The notes under the pieces were generated by a model. That model worked only from the letters and a program-made list of their open reading frames with translations. It was not told the origin of the DNA and did no database searches. DNA of 64,000 nt from the NCBI GenBank assembly GCA_902542325.1, contig CACBUE010000002.1:57-64056 (forward strand). The letters run 5' to 3'. The position numbers and the translations under genes were made by a program. Shown here piece after piece: positions 59,902 to 64,000 of this stretch. Origin of the DNA: an uncultured SAR86 cluster bacterium (lineage in GTDB: Bacteria; Pseudomonadota; Gammaproteobacteria; Magnimaribacterales; Magnimaribacteraceae). The first letter of the stretch is position 1. Each line of letters begins with the position of its first letter.

Positions 59902-61059
59902 TTAAATCTTCTTTAATTCAGAGAGTTCTTTAATAAGATTATATGAATGAAGTTTATTCACACTATTATTCATAATTATTTTTGTAAGTAAGTTTCTTAT
60001 CTTTGCAAGTATGGGGTTAGAGACATGATTAAATATCCCCTGAAGTTTTGATCTTTTTTGTATCCATCTACTTCTACTATTTCTTAACCTATCATATGCA
60101 CGAACTATGCTGCACAGATCTTCTTTGTCCTTTAGTAAAGATGCTAAACAGTAAGCATCTTCAATCGCAAGGCAACCACCTTGTCCTAGAAAGGGAGCCA
60201 TAGGATGAGCAGCATCTCCTAGAAGCAAGCACTTATCTCGATACAGTTTTTTTGGGAGAGGTCTTTCAAAAATACCCCATTTATATATTTCTTGAGACGA
60301 ATCAAACATAGAAAGTAATTCTTCGTTCCATCCAGCAAAGCAATTAAGAAATTCAGATTTATTACCCTTTATTTTCCAAGACTCTTCAGACCAAATTTCG
60401 TTATGCTCAATAGCAATGAAATTAATAAGATCTCCTCTGCCAGTTGGGTAATGCACACAATGACCTCCAGGGCCGTAGTAAACATTGACCTTATCATTTC
60501 CTTCGAATTTAGGAAGGTTCTCTATCGAGGTCATGCCTCTCCATGCTACATATTTTGTAAATTGAGGTTTTTGTTCGTCAAAATAATGCTCTCTTAAAGA
60601 AGACTTAATGCCATCACAAATTAGTATTAGATCATAGGTCTTTTTTTCATGAGTAGATATTATGATTTCTCCTGAAGCAGGATCAATTGATTCAATCTCA
60701 CTATCGAGGATGATACTTCCACCAAGCTCTTCAAATCTATTCGAGAGTGTCAATACAAGATCTCTTCTATCTAAAGTTATAAAATTTTTATCAAGTGTCT
60801 TGAACTTTATTACCTTAGCTTTCTTATAATCCCGTATGAAAGAACCCAAAGGATAGTGACCCTTAGAAGATAAAAATTCCATAAGATCCAGGTCTTGCAG
60901 CAACAGAGTAGCATTCTTGGAAAGCGTTATACCGGCTCCAAATGCGTCTATGGATTGAGATCTTTCAAAAATTTCAACTTCTAAGCCAATTTTTTTTAAT
61001 GCATACCCAGCAGTTAGACCAGATACTCCTGCTCCTATTACTGCAATATTTCTTAACAC
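59902..61059 (-). CDS. FAD-dependent monooxygenase (salicylate/3-hydroxybenzoate hydroxylase-like, class A)
   Basis: GAGVSG, GAGI, CDGIKS, LLGDAAHPMAPFLGQGGCLAIED. Confidence 0.88.
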   Translation of the reverse strand: MLRNIAVIGAGVSGLTAGYALKKIGLEVEIFERSQSIDAFGAGITLSKNATLLLQDLDLMEFLSSKGHYPLGSFIRDYKKAKVIKFKTLDKNFITLDRRDLVLTLSNRFEELGGSIILDSEIESIDPASGEIIISTHEKKTYDLILICDGIKSSLREHYFDEQKPQFTKYVAWRGMTSIENLPKFEGNDKVNVYYGPGGHCVHYPTGRGDLINFIAIEHNEIWSEESWKIKGNKSEFLNCFAGWNEELLSMFDSSQEIYKWGIFERPLPKKLYRDKCLLLGDAAHPMAPFLGQGGCLAIEDAYCLASLLKDKEDLCSIVRAYDRLRNSRSRWIQKRSKLQGIFNHVSNPILAKIRNLLTKIIMNNSVNKLHSYNLIKELSELKKI

Positions 61060-62180
61060 TAGATTGCCTTAGTCTTAATTTGATTTTTTTGAGCTCGTTC
61101 TTTTCTGCGCGTCTTATCATTAACTTGTCCAACTAGTTGTCCGCAAGCAGCCATGATGTCATCACCTCTTGTTGATCTAATAGTCGTAACATAACCCTCA
61201 CCCTGGAGATATTTTTGAAACCTTTTAACTCTATTACCGGAGGGTTTTAGATAATCTGATCCTTCAAAAGCATTAAAAGGAATTAGATTTATTTTGCTGG
61301 GCAATTGCCTCAATAACTCTGCCAGCTCTTCTGCATGTGCCATTTCATCATTAATACCATCAATCAGAATATACTCGATTGTCGTTATTCTCTTATCATC
61401 ACATGAATCGACATAACGCTTCACTGAATCCAGCAGCTCTTGAATGGGATATTTTTTATTTATAGGAACTAGCTCATTTCTTAGTTCATCATTAGGAGCA
61501 TGTAAGGATATTGTAAGAGCAACATCACTTACCTTACTTAAGTCATCAATTTTAGGAACAATACCTGAGGTGCTCAAAGTAACTTTTCTTTTAGATAGAC
61601 CATAAGCGTGATCATCTGTCATTAAATCCATGGCATTTACAACAGGTTCAAAGTTTAACAATGGTTCTCCCATTCCCATCATTACCACATTTGTAATATG
61701 TCTTGAGTTAGGCTCTCTAGGTAAGCCAAAGGAATTAGCAGCAACCCAAACTTGTCCTATTATTTCATCTAAGTCTAAATTTCTTGAAAAGCCCTGCTTT
61801 CCAGTAGCACAAAAACTGCAATCTACCGCACACCCTACTTGTGATGAAACGCACAAAGTGGCTCTATTCTTCTCAGGTATGAGAACCATTTCAACTAAAT
61901 CTTTTTCTCCAACTTTAATGACCCACTTTTTGGTTCCATCTTTTGATGATTTTTCATATAGAACTTCAGGAACCTTAATTTCAAAAGTTTCTTCTAGTTT
62001 TTGACGCAATACTTTTGACAGATCGGTCATCTGAGAGACATCTGAGACTCCTCTTTGATGTATCCATTTAATTATTTGGGTGGCCCTAAACGGCTTTTCC
62101 TCAATGGAAACAAAAAAATCCTCTAACTCCCTTCTGCTTAAACTCATAAGGTTAATTTTCTTAGAATGATTTTGTTGCAT
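61059..62180 (-). CDS. rlmN: 23S rRNA/tRNA m2A methyltransferase RlmN
   Basis: CVSSQVGCAVDCSFC, MGMGEPL, SLHAP, AACGQL. Confidence 0.97.
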   Translation of the reverse strand: MQQNHSKKINLMSLSRRELEDFFVSIEEKPFRATQIIKWIHQRGVSDVSQMTDLSKVLRQKLEETFEIKVPEVLYEKSSKDGTKKWVIKVGEKDLVEMVLIPEKNRATLCVSSQVGCAVDCSFCATGKQGFSRNLDLDEIIGQVWVAANSFGLPREPNSRHITNVVMMGMGEPLLNFEPVVNAMDLMTDDHAYGLSKRKVTLSTSGIVPKIDDLSKVSDVALTISLHAPNDELRNELVPINKKYPIQELLDSVKRYVDSCDDKRITTIEYILIDGINDEMAHAEELAELLRQLPSKINLIPFNAFEGSDYLKPSGNRVKRFQKYLQGEGYVTTIRSTRGDDIMAACGQLVGQVNDKTRRKERAQKNQIKTKAI

Positions 62181-62206
62181 GTCTCTTTTATAAAGTTAAG
62201 TTAGCT

Positions 62207-62980
62207 TTAGTCTTCCTTACTTATTTCATCAGCTACCCAGCTAATAGACCAATTATGTCCTAATTTATTTCCTTTGTATGTTTCTGGAAGTCTTGTGACC
62301 TTACTTTTCATAATTTTCACCACTTGAGGATCATAATCCAAATCGCTAAAGGCGCCATCTAACTCTTTAATAGTTCTCCATTGATGGAGTTCAATGTTAT
62401 TTTTTACTATATCGGGAAGCTCAAAATCGCACATTGAATTTATGATACCCATTCCCTTAAGTGGCGCTGCAATAGAGTGAATTTGTAAAGGTACATCCAT
62501 ATCCCAAGCCTTAGCAAATGCAACTGCTAGAAGTCCTCCATAGCTGTGACCAAGCAATATCACTTTATTTAAATTGGGATTATTGTTAAATTTTTCCTTT
62601 ATTAAACTTAGCAAAGAGCTCATAGATGGATTTGGGCATGCATCATCATCCCAACGAAAAAAAGAAACCATATTTCCATCATTATTTAATCTTTGTAGAG
62701 GATAAATCCATTCATAACCTCGACTATTACTTCCGTGCACACCTATCAATAGAGTATTTTGATCTACAGTAACTTCTTCTAAATCGTGAAGGTCAAATGG
62801 CAAGGAAATTAAAGATTTACCAGACTCAAATACATCTTTTTCTGCTTCAAAAGTATCTAGTGTTGGCTGAATAGATTCCCCACAAGATAATAAAACAAAA
62901 ATGAAGGGGATAGGGATTAGTTTTTGAACACTTTCTAATTTCTTCATATATGACTTGTTCAGTGAGTCCTGCTGTTTCAC
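62207..62980 (-). CDS. Putative lipoprotein alpha/beta hydrolase (esterase/lipase-like)
   Basis: Lipobox LLSC, VHGS, GHSYGG elbow, IAAPLKG, GHNW. The start is probably the second Met (MKKLES). Confidence 0.65.
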   Translation of the reverse strand: MKQQDSLNKSYMKKLESVQKLIPIPFIFVLLSCGESIQPTLDTFEAEKDVFESGKSLISLPFDLHDLEEVTVDQNTLLIGVHGSNSRGYEWIYPLQRLNNDGNMVSFFRWDDDACPNPSMSSLLSLIKEKFNNNPNLNKVILLGHSYGGLLAVAFAKAWDMDVPLQIHSIAAPLKGMGIINSMCDFELPDIVKNNIELHQWRTIKELDGAFSDLDYDPQVVKIMKSKVTRLPETYKGNKLGHNWSISWVADEISKED

Positions 62981-63030
62981 TTATCATTTCTCCCAAAATT
63001 ATAAGTTTAAACAATTTTATACTCATCATG

Positions 63031-63058
63031 AAAAAAACCCGCCGTGAAGCGGGTTTTT
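63031..63058 (-). terminator. Rho-independent terminator
   Basis: Minus strand AAAAACCCGC-TTCACG-GCGGGTTTTTTT, just downstream of the 63075-63497 gene; symmetric, so possibly bidirectional. Confidence 0.85.
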
Positions 63059-63074
63059 AAAATAGAAATATTTA

Positions 63075-63497
63075 CTAAAATGGATAAAAAGTCATCTCGA
63101 CTGTTTCAGTCTCTAAGTTCATTACTGTCTCACAATAATTCATATTTCCGTCAGTAACTTCATCTAAGGACCAAAATTTCATGATTGCTCCCTCTCTTCT
63201 AAAAACTCCCTGTCTATTTCCAGCTTGTCTTTGTCCGTCATTAAATCCAACTCCCTTGCCAGAAAAGTATCCCTGGTTAGGAAGAGCTGGATTGACTGTC
63301 ACGTTATAAGTCAAAAAGACTTTGCCATATCTGCCCGCCTCAGAGGAGACGTGTATAACACCACCTCCATCTTTTATCTCTACGGAAGTAATTTTTCCAG
63401 ATAAATTGAAAGATTCGCCATCCAAATCCAGCGCAAATACTGATAAAGAAAAGGTTACGGAAAGGATCGTAGCTAAACCAATTTTTAAAAATTTCAT
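63075..63497 (-). CDS. Secreted hypothetical protein, beta-rich
   Basis: Sec signal peptide (MKFLK...VFA), AAGGAG SD, own terminator. Confidence 0.75.
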   Translation of the reverse strand: MKFLKIGLATILSVTFSLSVFALDLDGESFNLSGKITSVEIKDGGGVIHVSSEAGRYGKVFLTYNVTVNPALPNQGYFSGKGVGFNDGQRQAGNRQGVFRREGAIMKFWSLDEVTDGNMNYCETVMNLETETVEMTFYPF

Positions 63498-63560
63498 AAT
63501 GTTCTCCTTTTATATATGAAAAGATATACTGAGAATAACAAAATAATCATTGGAGGAAAA

Positions 63561-64000
63561 ATGATAAAAAAAATCTGTTTAATAACTGCCCTTTTTAGCC
63601 TCATATCTTGTGGGTCTGATATGAGTGTTACAGAAGATAATGGCGAACCCCAAGGCTCTCATGCTTCACCCGAATGGCAAATTTGGGCTTATACATCTGC
63701 TGCTCCAGATTACATTGGTGATCTTGCGACAGTAATAGGAGCTGATGGTACAGTCTTAAAAGAGGGTTCTAATGGTTGGCGATGTGAAGCATTTATGCCT
63801 ATGCCTGAAGGAGGATTCGAAGACGCTCACTCTGCTGCTCCAGCTTGCTCAGATGCAAACGCTGTTGCATGGGCAAATGCCTATAAAGCAGGAACTGTTC
63901 CAGACATGGAAGGTGATGGCTGGATGTGGATGATCCATGGTGATTTAGGGGTTGATAATTTTACAGTTGGTACGGACGGCCAAAAAGATGCCGGTCATAT
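63561..64000 (+). CDS. Hypothetical lipoprotein (3'-truncated by window edge)
   Basis: GGAGG SD; MIKKICLITALFSLISC lipobox; open to the window end (SAAP...EGSNGWRC...PACSD...WMWMIHGD). Confidence 0.75.
   Translation, partial: MIKKICLITALFSLISCGSDMSVTEDNGEPQGSHASPEWQIWAYTSAAPDYIGDLATVIGADGTVLKEGSNGWRCEAFMPMPEGGFEDAHSAAPACSDANAVAWANAYKAGTVPDMEGDGWMWMIHGDLGVDNFTVGTDGQKDAGH

Noticed and set aside
62847-63029. 60-aa minus-strand ORF downstream of the terminator
   Set aside because: It overlaps the lipoprotein hydrolase in another frame, has no SD or motifs, and is unsupported.
1167-63519. Many short antisense or nested ORFs in the track (e.g. 1167-1589, 1743-2279, 10987-11307, 36630-37025, 37062-37466, 61630-62004)
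   Set aside because: They lie opposite or within well-supported genes and show no recognisable motifs; treated as shadow ORFs.
1-64000. tRNA, rRNA, CRISPR arrays, IS elements, known defence systems
   Set aside because: Spacers are short and none showed cloverleaf, repeat-spacer or terminal-inverted-repeat/transposase signatures on manual reading.

Overview
64 kb of AT-rich, very gene-dense bacterial chromosome with tiny spacers, many overlapping convergent gene ends and frequent TTG/GTG starts. Gene order (HAD/rppH/NRDE/tauE/lgt/thyA/folA; yggS-proC-yggT-metX-metW-rdgB; rpoH-trmB) is gammaproteobacterial, and the streamlining suggests a SAR86-like marine lineage (inference). Contents are mostly housekeeping and metabolic: gcvTHP, a six-gene TonB2-type energiser operon, argS, efp, uvrD, lipAB, a split TRAP transporter, four PhyH-family dioxygenases and lipid-catabolic enzymes. 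I found no tRNA, rRNA, CRISPR array, IS element or prophage. Most notable: (1) a heme cluster with a Shemin-pathway 5-aminolevulinate synthase and a long HemC with a putative HemD-like C-terminal fusion, unexpected in a gammaproteobacterium; (2) a SAM-II-like riboswitch before metX with a terminator/antiterminator that abuts the start codon; (3) a cyanophage-like MazG; (4) repeated -10 box-N6-start signatures of leaderless mRNAs; (5) an inverted DnaA-box pair upstream of gcvT; (6) two genes split by one extra T in a homopolymer. All product calls come from motif recognition by eye, not from database searches.
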